A stretch of 64,000 bases of DNA, taken from Gracilinanus agilis. Its lineage: Eukaryota. The notes beneath the pieces were generated by a model. It was not told the origin of the DNA. It saw nothing but the letters and a program-made list of their open reading frames with translations, and did not search any database. Positions 13,801-49,000 of this stretch are shown one piece after another; the first letter of the stretch is position 1; each line of letters opens with the position of its first letter. Location: NCBI RefSeq assembly GCF_016433145.1, contig NC_058134.1, positions 281,496,414 through 281,560,413 of the forward strand, in the 5' to 3' direction. The translations under genes and the position numbers were made by a program.

Positions 13801-14345
13801 AGGGCTGCTATGTCAAGGACCTCAGCCGATTAGGGAGAGACCTGAGGAAAACCCTGATATTAGACAACTCTCCTGCCTCGTACATCTTCCACCCAGAGAA
13901 CGCAGTGAGTGCCCATGGGTGTGGGCCCCTTCCAGCCCCTAGCCTATGTCCGGTCTGTTGTGCAGGACGAACTGAGTAGGGGAAAGGCCGTCGGCAGAGA
14001 ATTCTCACATGACCATCCACCCAGTGCCAAGAGGCCACCCGGAAGGGTTTGTCTCCTGGGGCTCTCGGGGTAACAGGAATGTTACTGCAGCCCCCCTATA
14101 GCAACTTCAGGACTCACCTACGTGGAAGACAAGGAAGGGGCAAGTCCTGAAATCACTCCACCTAAAACCCAAGAGTCCCGGCCGCCAGCGGCTCCCTCAT
14201 TTTGCCGTCTCTTCCACAGGTGCCTGTGCAATCCTGGTTTGACGACATGGCAGACACAGAGTTGCTGAATTTGATACCCATCTTTGAGGAGCTCAGTGAA
14301 GCAGAAGATGTGTATACCAGCCTGGGGCAGCTGAGGGCACCATAG
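7868..14345 (+). CDS. CTDSP2: CTD small phosphatase 2 (SCP2), coding exons 2-8; exon 1 lies upstream of the window
   Basis: Exons 7868-8016, 10148-10186, 10990-11091, 12134-12190, 13525-13617, 13719-13904, 14220-14345 (TAG). All GT-AG, frame continuous: [25 protein letters not shown]...[23 protein letters not shown]...[21 protein letters not shown]...[13 protein letters not shown]...[10 protein letters not shown]...[10 protein letters not shown]...GQLRAP*. Catalytic DxDx(T) motif DLDET intact. Confidence 0.97.
9615..9823 (-). mobile_element. SINE1 (SINE1_Mdo type)
   Basis: Full length: T-run, AAACCCTTACCTTCCGTC...CCACTGAGCCACCCAGCTGCCCC. Confidence 0.9.
10423..10618 (+). mobile_element. SINE1 (older copy)
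   Basis: GGGCAGCAAGGTGGCTCAGTGG...GAGTTCAAAC (A/B boxes)...CAGAAGGTGAGGGGTTT. Confidence 0.85.
11320..11537 (+). mobile_element. SINE1 with a 13-bp TSD
   Basis: TSD AAATGTAGTCTAG at 11307-11319 and 11538-11550; A-rich tail. Confidence 0.95.
11896..12072 (+). mobile_element. SINE1-like (diverged)
   Basis: GCAGCTAGGTGGCTCAGTGGATTGAGAGCC...TGTGACCCTGAGCAAGTCACTTAAC...GTATTGATTCT. Confidence 0.8.
13144..13226 (+). ncRNA. MIR26A2: pre-miR-26a-2 hairpin in the CTDSP2 intron 12191-13524; mature miR-26a-5p 13157-13178, 3p arm 13194-13215
   Basis: TTCAAGTAATCCAGGATAGGCT is the miR-26a-5p sequence; CCTATCCTTGATTGCTTGTTTC pairs with it; CTDSP2 is the known host gene. Confidence 0.97.
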
Positions 14346-17300
14346 CCTTCTCCATCTCGGCGGGTCTAGAACTGCAGGGGACTGTGACACACTGTGCCTT
14401 CGCTCTCAGCCAGGAAGAGATAGCAGAAACAGGGAGAAACAATTGTAAAGTGAGTTAGGGCAGGTTAGACAACCATACGGGCAAACAGCAGACCAGTGAC
14501 ACCTAATACCCCCTGCTCCATGAACTGGGCGTTAGAGGAACACCCTGTGTGAGCGTGTATGTGTGTGTACGTTTGACACTGACACCATGAGAATTCAGGT
14601 GGGGGAAGAGCCCAAAGGTCCAGGGGCTCCCCCCACCCACCCACCCCCGAGCCAGAGCTCGTCTCCTAGAGAGTCAGTCCAAGAGCCATTGACCTCTCAT
14701 GGGAACAAAGACCATTCAGTGCTCTGTTGCCAAACCTCGAGTCTTCCCTAGGTATGTAGAGCCAAGAAGTGGGGATATGCTGCTCTCAGCCTAATGTATA
14801 GGCAAACTGGTACCAGATTCAAATGCACACTATTCAGACACTTCACTTGAGACCCACAGCAACCTTGGAAAACAGGTTGTTTTTAAACATCCCAGGAATC
14901 TATACTTTGGCCTCACAAACATGGCCGTGAGGGTCAGGACCGGGAGCCATCCCTGCCCTTCTCTCACTGGCCTGGGACTCCGGTGCCCTCCTTTCCTCCA
15001 CTTCTTCACCTCCCAATTACATTTCTGAAACCATGGGCAAGAGATCTTCTCTGCCCTCAAAGGAGGACAGAGAATTCGTTTCATTTGATGGGACTCTGTT
15101 TACCCTTGAAGGGGCTCGGTTCATTCCTGAAAGAATCTTGGCCTCTGGGCTGAAAGCTGGGGGACAAGAGAGTCAGAGGCTCATTCCCAGTGCTCAGAAG
15201 GAATTTGGAAAGCCAGAATTTCTATCCCCCTGAGGCATGGATCAGATTCTAGGTCTCTAGAGAAACCTAGAGAACCAGTCTTTGCAGGGATCCTTCTTCA
15301 AAGGAACCAGAAGAGCAGCCTTAATGCTGTTGACACTCTTCCAGTTCCTTGAGCATAATTCTTTCCCATCTCATCCTCCAGGCAGTTTAATCCGAGGAAG
15401 GATGGGATGGTGAGGCCTTTGCATGGGCAGCCTCGAGGACACCTGTGTCCCTTAGGTGGGAAACAAACAGCAAGAACCAACAGCTGGTTCTCCTGATTAT
15501 GGTGTGCTAGCTTCCTGCAGATGCCTTAGGGACACAGAAAAGAGTGGAGAAAGAAGACCCAAGGCCTGCTCAGGTGTGGAGTTTCAGAATCCGCATGCAC
15601 TCCCTTGTCTGCAGCATGGCCCCGGGCTCTCTTCTAAAAAGCCTTTATTCGTATTAAGCCACATGTACAAAACAGAAGGTCTTCCAAGTTTGGAGAGCTC
15701 TGACGTGTTGGGAAGCGCTGGTGATGTTTCATGAGGAGACCCCCCCCCCCCAAGTAAGCAGCACTGGCTTGTAGGCATAGCTTCTGCCGGAACCTCAAGG
15801 GAGATTCCCTAAGAGGTAATCAGCAGTCAGTCTCCCCACCTTTCCCTGAAGAAGTTCCACACTTGTTCAGGTACACTTGAAACTCAGCATTCTTCTCCAC
15901 CATTCTCTTTGACTCAAATGCTTGCTTTCTGAGGGTGGAGGAAATGGGGGAAACAGCCAATTGAGTGAATTGGCTCAGGGGGGGGACAGAGCTCCTTTTT
16001 TGTGTTCTGGTGTGCATTCTGATTATAGTTCCTCCTTACCTATTCTCGGTGCCAATTCTGATTCCTCCCATTGTTGTCAGCTTTCCATCTTTTCTCCTTG
16101 GTTTTATACCAAGATGGTGCCATGGAACACATGTCCAGGGACCCAGAAGCTATGGAGACATAGAACTGAAATTTCCCAGAATCTGCTTTCTTTCTCTAGC
16201 TACTTCTCTAGCAGCATTTCCTAAGACTGCTTCTTGGGATAGAAATGGAGGATGAGTCTGGGTGCTGACAGAAACCTCTAAACCAACAACCAAAAAACCC
16301 TAAAATCAAGCCTAATCACTAGCCCCCCTCTTAATGCCAAGTTCCATGGCCAGCTATAACAAGAGAGTTTTGGGGAGGGGGGAAGATTTGGAACTTAATC
16401 CTCCCCATCTCCAGGCCATTAACTACTGCTTCTCAAGGGTGAGTGAGCAGTGGTGAAAACATTCCTGACATCTGGTCCAAGCCCAACTGCCTTTGCCATT
16501 AGGGGCTTTGAGACACTGTCCTCCTGAAACACATGAGCAATAATGAAAGCCGTTCCTCAGCTTCCATTCTGGGCCCCCTGCTGCTCCCAGTAAAGAAGGG
16601 GGGAGCCGACATTGCTCTATTGCCTCCGCTGAGATACCCTCCATGCGTCCCCTCGCCCGCTGGCACGTGCGCTCGCTGTCTCCTACGAAGCCCCGTGTCC
16701 TCGTCACTCGGCTGTACATACGTGCTCTGGCCCCTCTATCCGGTCTTCGTGGTCTTCCAGCTAAAGCATGTTCCCGTAGAGAACTGTCACTCCTTCACCT
16801 ATGCCAGCCTGGACCGGCCCAAAGTACTTAGAAACGGTTGTTTGGACAGTGGTGTGTCAGAGGGTCCCCAGTGGAGTTCCTACAAAAGCAATGGCGAATT
16901 TAGTCTTGGAATGAGCCAGGACTTGGAGGGTGGGGGGATTCCCTTTCCCCCTCCCCTACTTTAAAGAGGTCACGAGTCCTTAAGACAGTGGAGGTCTTCT
17001 CAACAAAGGGTGACCAGAGTTCTTTACCTCACCTGGTTCTGAGCCAGGCTCAGCCAGGGCACCCCATGGAAGCTGGGTCTCTGCTACCAAGCCAATGCCT
17101 CATTAGAGACCAGCCCACACGTGTACCAACCATTCCAGGAATACTCCCTTCTGCCAATTTTAGTTCTTTAAGTCGCCTCTTCAGTGACACAGTCCTAGTG
17201 GTCTCTGATTGGGCTTCCATTTAGAAAGAGCCTGATGTTCACATCCCTCTCATAGGGGGAAGCTTTAAACAAAGGGCCAGTTTGGGAGAGGGTCAGGATT

Positions 17301-18260
17301 AAGGGTCTCAACTCTGCATATTGTAGAGAGGGGGCTCTTCAAAGGCCTGTGGATCCCAGACTGGGGAGGCAGAGAGAGCAGTGTCTTGGACCTGAAAGAT
17401 TTTTGGAAATTGGACCATGAACTTGAGTGTTTAATTGCTGAACAGGGAAAGAAATATCCTTGGGTAAATTTGCCTTAAGAGTGTCTGGGACTTTTTAGCT
17501 CCCTCCTGCCTCCCAAAGATGTTGACTATTTTGTAAACTTGTAAATTTACCTTTACTGTTTTATATAAGAACCCAGAAACTTTGGATGTGCTAATCATGG
17601 AAAGTCTAAAAAAGTTGCCAGCCCCCTGGCCCAGCCCCAAAGCCTTCTCTTCTGGGATCCCCTTGTGCCATAGTAAAGAAATCTCCACACCCAAGCATCT
17701 CCCTTCGTATTGACCAGTAAGGTTTTGGAAACTAGGAGACAAATCTCGCCTCTAGGGTGTCCAGGGAGAATAAGGGGAACCCAGGGTGTTTGGTGTGCTG
17801 GTTACTGCAGAGCCCGGGGCTATCCTGGGGCTCATTCATGACTCACCTGGTCACCTCTGCAGAATGGGGCTTTTACAAAGCTGTGGGCCTCACTCAGACC
17901 CGGATCCTGTGGGCTGGGGGCTGCTCCCTGGCCAGCCGCCTTCTCTGGGCCTTTTTCCTTAAAGAGGGCACAGCTTTCCCTTCCAGCCTTGAAGGCAGCT
18001 TGCTTTTAAGTGTGAGTTACTCTTGTGCTGCCTTTCCACTCAAGGGTCTGAAATGCTGGTTTAGGGGAAGAGGGGGACAGCACCCCACATCACCTGTGCT
18101 ATAGGATTCTGACTACCCTGGTTACAGATTAATGGTTTCTTGGAGAAATTTGTTTTATTCCAAAACTTGAAATGTTTGACGCCATTAAGTGTCTGTTTAT
18201 ATTTTTGGAATATTTGTATTACTTGCAATTCAATAATAAAAAGGTTTTTTTTTTAAAAAC
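14346..18260 (+). other. CTDSP2: CTDSP2 3'UTR (~3.9 kb)
   Basis: Runs from the stop to AATAAA at 18235-18240, followed by a T-rich tract; almost free of SINE1 copies. End position approximate. Confidence 0.7.
18235..18240 (+). terminator. Poly(A) signal of CTDSP2
   Basis: AATAAA in an AT-rich block, with a downstream T-run (GGTTTTTTTTTT). Confidence 0.7.
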
Positions 18261-20990
18261 CCAACCAGGACTCGAGCCAGCATGTGTACGTTGCCCCCCA
18301 AAATGTGCTTCTACAGACGTGTGGCGTTTAGGTTTGCAGCAATAGCAGAACTGTGGCCAACTTGGGACCCTGCATGGGCTTCCCTCTAGGTTATGTGGCT
18401 CCCCCGCAGCGATCCCCATTTTGTTCTTGACTCTGAGAGGCTGGCACGCCATACCCCCGTGTCAGATGCCTTTCAAGCAAGCACTTCACTTCTCTGAAAA
18501 CTGCTGAGCCACTGCGCTAAGCTGGTGGGCACCCCGAGGGGGAGAGGCTCCTTCCCGGTAACGCCATCTTCTTGGGAGCTTTCTTTTCCCCCTGCTTCGG
18601 CCTCCTCCCCTGACACGAGTCCTCACTGGTTCCCAGGCCTGTTGTTTGCCCGGCCCTCCGGGAACCATCGGCTTAATGTATCCCATCTCGAATATGGCTA
18701 ATTTCATATCTGGCCCTCCTCTCCGCCCCACTTCCTGCATTATTGATGGCTGTGCACTTTAGAAAAATCAATTAGAAATGGGTGTGGGAAGACTTAGAAG
18801 AGGAGAGCCTTTCCAGCTCCTGGCTGCTGCCGCTGCTTTGAATAGGCCACAGAAAGCCCTCTCCGGAAGGCCAAGCCAGGGCCAGCTTGGCTGTGATTGG
18901 CCAGGCCAGGGAAAATGCCCTTCAGGTGCAAACATAAGCAAATATGACCCATTGTGGGCGCCCATCCTGAGCAAAGAGCAGGGATCGGCTCCTCTCCCTG
19001 GGCCCTTCCGAGCACCCCTGCCTCCCGCACGCTAGGACGTTGAGGACCTGCTCTGGGCCAGGCCAGGTAAGGCTGCTGAGTGGAACCACCCTGTGCAGCT
19101 CCCAGAAGCCTTTACTTTTCTTGCCTTTGGTTTTGAAAAGGCTGTCAAAAGGAGTGAAGACGCTCTCGAGGGAGGTGCAGGCAAGCTTGGCTGGGGTGGG
19201 CGGTCGCCGGGATCCCTGGGCTGGAGGGAGGCAGGCTGGGTCCCGTCGGGCAAGCCTGGGGGCTGCTTTATCACCACAGCTACTCCCAAGGGCTCCAAGC
19301 AAAGTGGGACCCCATGAGGAGGAAACATGGCTGTACTCAGCAGCTGGAGTTGGGGAAGGGTTAGAGGGGGCAGAAGTCATGGGCTTAAAGAATTCTCTAT
19401 TTTCAACAAAAGTGTTTTCCACGGCTCTAGCCTTTCCCTGCCAATGGGTGGAGGGGAGGGCGAAGGAGATGCCTGGCTAAAAGGAATAAGAAACCAGGCT
19501 TGAAAATCCCCGAAAAGCCTCGCTTCAGTCTGATTCTCTGGGGGTTCTGGTTCTGGGGAGTGCAGCTTTTACAGGGGGTGCGTTCGTGTCTCCTCACAGG
19601 CAGGACAGACCACGACTCCCCTCCCCAGGCCAAAGCTTTCTCAAGCTCCTTCCCCAGGTTACTCCCCAGGGCGGTGCCCCTAGCAGACCCTGGGACTGGC
19701 CCTTGCCTGTGCCATGAAAGAGAACAGGGTCTTCCCGGCCTGTTGGGCTTCCCCTCCTCCTGCCTCCCCACTCCGGGTTGGGAGAGCACTAAAGGGGGGC
19801 TCGAGGCCCGGGAACATGCTACGCCGGGGCAGGGCGAGGCGTCCCACGGACTCCTTTGCTCCTGGCTGTTTTTCGTGCCCACCATCTTGTGGCCCAAAGC
19901 AGAAGCAGGGAGTGGGGCTCGGGGTGCGAAGGCCTCCCCAAGAAGGATGCCTTTTCTACAGCGTGGCTTCCCAGAGGGCAAACCCTAGGACAGTCCTTGG
20001 AGGCTGCCTTTCCTTCCTGGAATCTCCTGGCCAGCGCCGTCACCCTTTCCTTCCCGGTTCAGGTGGGAAGAAAGCCTCAGCCCCAACTAGACTGTGCACC
20101 TGCGGGTCAAAGCCACAGCTTTGAGCTGAACCTATGAGGTCCCTCATAAAATAGGAGGCCCTGGCCTCTAGGCAAGGACGTGGGCCCACTACCTCCTGCC
20201 CCCTCCCAGGAGAAGGCTGAATTTGCACCCCGGCCGGCCGGGAGACTAGACCCCACCCAGGCTCACCTGCTCCCTGCACCTGGGCCTTTTGTGCTGGGCC
20301 GACCCTGCTGTTCTGGGCTCCCTTTCTTGCACACACGGCTTGGGGGATTCTTCCTAGGACTCCGCCCTGGTAGCTTCCGTTTTGTTTTTTAAATGCCCTG
20401 GGAAGAGGAGGCAGAGAGGCCTCTGTAAAGACCGGCCTTTACAGGCACTTTCCTCTTTGAGCCTGGGACCACACGCTGACCCACAGGCCCTCTGGCCTCC
20501 CTAGGCAGGGGCAGGTTTCCCGACTTCCCCTCCTGCAGCCCTTTGTAAACTTCCAGGCCTCCCATCCACAAACCAGAGTGAAAGCGCCTGAGGCCACAGT
20601 GGAACTCCGGACCTCCCAAGCCCCTGCCCTATCTGCTCTGCCACCCCCTGACTTTAGCAGGAGAGGCTGTGGAGAGAGGAGGAGAGAACTTGGTGTCTTG
20701 TTCATGACTGAAATCCTCTTTTTTTGGTGCCTCCTCTGAATTCAGACAAGACTTAAGGGATAAGAGGTAAGAAAAAGGACAGAAGGGCAGCTCAAAATTC
20801 CTGAGTTCAGCCTAGCGTCTGCTCCTCTGTAAAATGGGGGTGATAATGACTTCTTACAGTTCTGCTCCACAGGGTTGCCCGCCCTAAGGAGGAGACAAGG
20901 CCCTCCTAAGTCCAACCTGGAAGGGCTGGCCCGCCTCACTGTGTCTTTCCCTCAGTTACATTTCAGTCCTGCCTCAAGAAGACGAAGGCC

Positions 20991-43917
<22,927 letters not shown>

Positions 43918-44258
43918 AGAATGGAAGCAAATGCCTATTTTAGGTGATACTAGAGAATAGACAGTGCCAATTATGAGGGAAGAATTTAAATCCCTAGCAC
44001 AATGTACTTGGTTACTTATAGAAGCAAAAGAGTTTGCAAAGTGCATGTTACCTACAGTGAATATTCTTGCCAATATTTAGTTTAAATATGTTTAAATATC
44101 CATTCTGATTTCTATGTTTTGCATGAATTTAGAGATGAAAACAAAAACATATGTAGTTCATGCAACAAACTTTTCAATCCTAAAAAATTATCATGAAGAA
44201 AATGTTTAATTCTGGTGTTCAGACATCAGGTTTAGATATCAAGATCGTTAATGCCAAA

Positions 44259-44270
44259 AATAAAAATAAA
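44259..44270 (+). terminator. Candidate AVIL poly(A) signals
   Basis: Tandem AATAAA at 44259-44264 and 44265-44270, ~340 nt after the stop; another at 44406-44411. Confidence 0.5.
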
Positions 44271-44789
44271 ATACTTAATCCACAAGTCATTGAAGTATGT
44301 AAGCAATTTTCATATACCTCCTGGGTGGGTCTCAGACATCTTTTCAAATTAAGGCCCCTCTATGAGATGAAGGAATGACATCATTTTGGGTTTGCTCATA
44401 TAACAAATAAAGCATATACTTCCCATCTGTGGAATGTTTTTGTGCTGGGAAGGTTAGGATGGTGGGAATTAGACCAACATCTGTATTGGCATAGGAAGGA
44501 CAAATTTTGCCCAAAAGCAGCAAGAAACCATTTGGTATTTATTTGAGTAATAATAAGCCCAGTGACACATCTGCATGTGGGTCACTAAAGAATATCTTCA
44601 AAGGATGCTGTAAACAACCACAAACAAGCCACATTTTCCAATGAACTCCGTATTTGGAATCAGTTTCAGGTGGGAAGGAATCACAAGTTTAATATAAATT
44701 ACACTTTCATTTGTTTCTGATGACATTACATCTACCTAAATGTGTAACCTTGGAGGTTGATGCAAATGATAAACAAAAGTAGTAAAATG

Positions 44790-45460
44790 GTTCTCCCATG
44801 TATCCTCCATACAGCTGCCAAATTGCTTTTCCCAAACACATTATCTAATCACATCCCACCTCTACTCAAATTTCCTATCACCTCTAGGATAAAACACAAA
44901 GGTCAGCTTGTTGCTGGAGATCCCACCAGGCTCCGAGCCCCCTTTCCAAATTTATATCCTATCGCTACTCCATGGCACACCACATGCTATTAAACTGAAC
45001 TGGCCTTCTAGCTGTTTTCATTTGACTCGCTGTCTCCCATCTCATCTTTCACAGAATTTTGGATGTTGTTTTCCTTTATGCTACTGTACATTCTCTTGTT
45101 TTATTTACTTCACTCCAAAGTAGTTCATGCAGTCATCTCAGATTTCTCTGAATCTGACATGCAGAGAAGAAAAGATACTAAGACAATGTATTCTATCCCC
45201 ACCTCTGCCACTTAGAATCCCCAGCTTTCTTCAAGCCCAGCTACTGCAAGAATCCTGTCCAAAGTTCTTCCAGGTCTCTGTTTTCACCCAGTGTGTACTC
45301 TGGGCAGTGAGGCTCCAAGTATACTCCACACCCCTTCCACAACAACCCCACCAAAAAAACCTCCACAAAAGCTCTCTTAAGATGGAGATAATTTCCTTTT
45401 TTTTTTTTCATCTCTGTATTAGCACCTAGTATAGTGCCATGTACAAGGACAGTCAATGTT
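44790..45460 (+). mobile_element. L2 3' fragment between the AVIL and TSFM 3' ends
   Basis: CCTCCATACAGCTGCCAAA...ATCACCTCTAGGATAAAA...AGCACCTAGTATAGTGCC. Confidence 0.65.
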
Positions 45461-45892
45461 AGTGGAGGTAAATTAGGATAATTCTGGGTAGAAAATGGAT
45501 GAGAGGGCTCTGGCAGCCCTCCTAGCTTAGGGTGAATAAATTCAAGGAGTGAAAAAGAGAGGGCCACCTTCAGGACCTTGGGATATTCCTGGCAAGGTTT
45601 CTCTAAGATATTTATTATCTAAATGTAATTAGAACCATTTACTGGAGTTAAAATGATTGGGAACAGCCAGGGGGGGGAAAAAAGTTAAAACATGTAAAGG
45701 CGAAGATTTCACTAAATACAAGAGATAAGCAGCTTCAAGTCAAAAGGCTTCACATTCCTACATTCAAATACCTGCTCTTTCAGGGCTGGATGTTACTGAT
45801 CAAGCATATCAAATTCACAATATAAAAAAAAAGCAAAACCCACCATTTCACAAACAAGGAAGAAGTTTAGATTCTACAAGGAGGAAATCATC

Positions 45893-45898
45893 TTTATT
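45893..45898 (-). terminator. Candidate TSFM poly(A) signal
   Basis: AATAAA on - (TTTATT on +) ~120 nt past the stop; further copies at 45611-45616 and 44538-44543. Confidence 0.5.
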
Positions 45899-46020
45899 AG
45901 ATCTGCTACGTGGAATTACCTTTTCAGTTTTACCATATATGCAGAGAAATATAGCTTACATGTATTACTAAAACAGTGATCAAACCAATCTCCTCAGGAG
46001 GTCTAGAAAGTCTTTGGAGT

Positions 46021-49000
46021 CTATTCTGTTTTTGTTGTTCTTAAATCTTCTCCACATTCAAATCGCAAGAAATCTACCACCAACACACCCAGGGGCTTTA
46101 CATACTGTCCCAAAGTGATGCTGGGATCCAGTAAATAGGGCTGAGCAAGCATCTTTGTTTCCTCTTCTCCACCAGGCTCATCATCCACTGAGCCTACAGA
46201 TAGAGGAGCCATTCCCACAACATGCTGACCAAGTCGTCGGCCAACGTCTTGAAGGTTTGGTTTCTCTTCAGTTGTCTGGCAGATGACGAGTGCACCGTAT
46301 TTTCCAAGCACCATGTTACTGAGAGAAGGGCTATGCATTGCTCCATGAACATAGGAACCAATGTAGAATCCATTTGGTACAGTCACCCATGCAGCTCGCT
46401 TAAGAGTCAAATTTTCTCCCAGTTTGCCTGCAGGAAAACAAAACTTAAGCAGAGCTATCACAATCATCATATGCACTTAAGTGGTCCCTATTTGTTTTGC
46501 ACAGACAGCCACTCCTGGAATGTGATCCTCTTACTTCTGACTGGCAGAATACCTCATCTCCTTCAAAGCCCAGCTCAGGAGCCACCACTTGAGGCAAAGC
46601 CTTTCTTGAACTCACCACCCTCGCCTACTAATAGGACTCTCTCCCTCCTGAAATCTATACCCCTAAGAAAAAAGAATGAGATAAACCACTTTTCACAACT
46701 ATGGCTAGAAAAGTTTTCATCAAAGAATAAAGAAGATTGATCAAAAAGAGATATCATGAGCAACTCTCATGAAATAAAACTGAAAAGATTTTACACAAAA
46801 TCAGCACAGTGAGAATTAGAAGAGAAGCATCTAGCTGAAGGATAATCTTTGCAACAAATCTCTTTGCTAAGTTCTGATATCTAAGACCTAAAGAACTAAT
46901 TTTAAAAATATAATAATTGGTCATAATAGATTGTCAATCAAAACGAATAGATAGTTTTCAAAACAAGAAATAGGAGCAATCAGCAACTGTATCTAAAGAG
47001 AAGCAATAACTCAAGGTTCTATCCCAACTCCATCAGATTAATGAAAATGATTAAGGGAAAAAAAAGGGAAAAGGCAATTGTTAACAGGTCCATAATATTG
47101 TTGGTGGAACTGATTATGCCATTCTGGAAAACAATATGAAACTAAACTGTGACTTCTGACAGCCATACTGCTACGATACATATACTATACATATACTTCA
47201 AAGAAGTCAGAGAGGAAAGACCCATATCTACAAAAAACATTTATGAAGCATTTTTATGGTTGCAAAGAACTGGAAATGAGGTAGAAATCCATTAATTGAG
47301 GAATGACTGAACAAATTATAGTTTAGAAAGGTAAGAGAATATTGTGCACCATCAGAAATGATAAGAGGGGTAGATGTAGAGAAGGCTGAAAAGATGGCTT
47401 GCATGAATTAAGACTCAGTGAAGTTCTCAGCAGAAAAAGAGAACAATTTATACAATCACAACACCATAAAGGAAAATGACTTGGAAATCCGATTAATCCA
47501 GAAGACTAAGGATGCAAGCTTGCTTCCCACCTCTTCACAGAGAGGCAAAGAACCAGAGGTGCCAAATGAGACACAATATTTTTAGATATGTCCAATGTGG
47601 GCAATTTTTTTTTACTTATCTATACTTATTTCTTACTCCAATGGGACTTCATGGAAGGAAGGGAAAAGTTGTTGAGGGGAAGGAGTGATAGTGATACCAA
47701 AAAAAAAAAAAAAAAAAAATCAATGCAACATTTTTAAACTACACAGAGCACTAGGAAAACAAAGATAAATGAGTCAGTGTACTAAATATTAACAGATAAT
47801 TTTAAAAAATAGAATTGAGTCAGTTTCATACACAATCCCCTCTTCCACTTCCTTTTTACAAAGATGTGTTCATGTTTATTGAAGCTTGTCAGTTCTTAAA
47901 GAAAAATTCCTAAAGCCCAGTTCAAATATGACCACTGACATGAGGTCTTTATTATCCTCTCTCAACTATTAGTGCTTTCTCCCTCTTGAAATAACTTGTA
48001 AGGGTCACACCATAAAAGAGAAAAAATGAGATGAGGTTTTTTCAAAACTATGGTTAGAGGACGAATCTTTAACTAATTTCAACTATATAAAATGAAAAAC
48101 AAAATTAATGAAGAAAAAGAAGAGAAATAATGGAATAGGGAAAATTTTGCATAAAATACTACCCAAATCTCATAAACAAAATACATAGGGAAGTGACACA
48201 TACACAAATATGTAATACTAAGCGCAACTCCTTAACATAGGGGTGGCAAACTCCAGTTCCCAAGTCAAATCTGGCCCACCCTCTGTTTCTGTACACCCAG
48301 CCAAGAACGGTTTTTACTTTTTAAAATAACTTTTTGCATTTAACGAAGTTTTTATTCTATTTTGAAATATAAAAACTCTTCTTGGCTCATTGGCTCCAGA
48401 GGTGGGGGTGAGGGGATAAGGGTCTTGATTTTTGCCTGCAGGCCATAGTTTCCCAATTTCTACCTTACCCAGTAAGAGAAGTGGCCAAAAGATACAAACA
48501 GCTTGCATGAGAACTATGAGCTATAAATGAACATGTGGAAGAATCCTACAAATGACTGATAAAGAAAAGCAAAAAGAAAATAACTGAGATTTCACCTCAC
48601 ATTATCTAAGTTGACAAAATTAACAAAAGAAGTTGGGAAAGCTAGTGGCTCAATAGAGAGCCAGGCCTACAGACAGAGGTCCTGAGTTCAAATGTGGCCT
48701 TAAATACTTCCAGCTGACCCTGGGCAAGGCACTTAGCCCCAATTCTGCATTAGAACTGATACTTAGTATCAATTCTAAAATGAAGGTAAAGGTTTAAAAA
48801 ATAATTTCACAAAAGATGGGAACAGTATATGAGTGTAATAAGGCAGACTGGTCCACTGCTGGTAGAGTTCTGAAGTGATTGAAGCATTTTGGACATCAAT
48901 TTGGAACTATTTGAGAGAAGTGACTAAGTTGTCCTTCCCCTCTGATACAGTGAGCTGGCTTCTAAATATATACACCAAGAAAACTAGGAGGTTTTATTTT

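Noticed and set aside
18922-20336. Many 100-184 aa ORFs on both strands between CTDSP2 and AVIL
   Set aside because: Overlapping in all frames in GC-rich DNA; no recognisable family or consistent splice structure.
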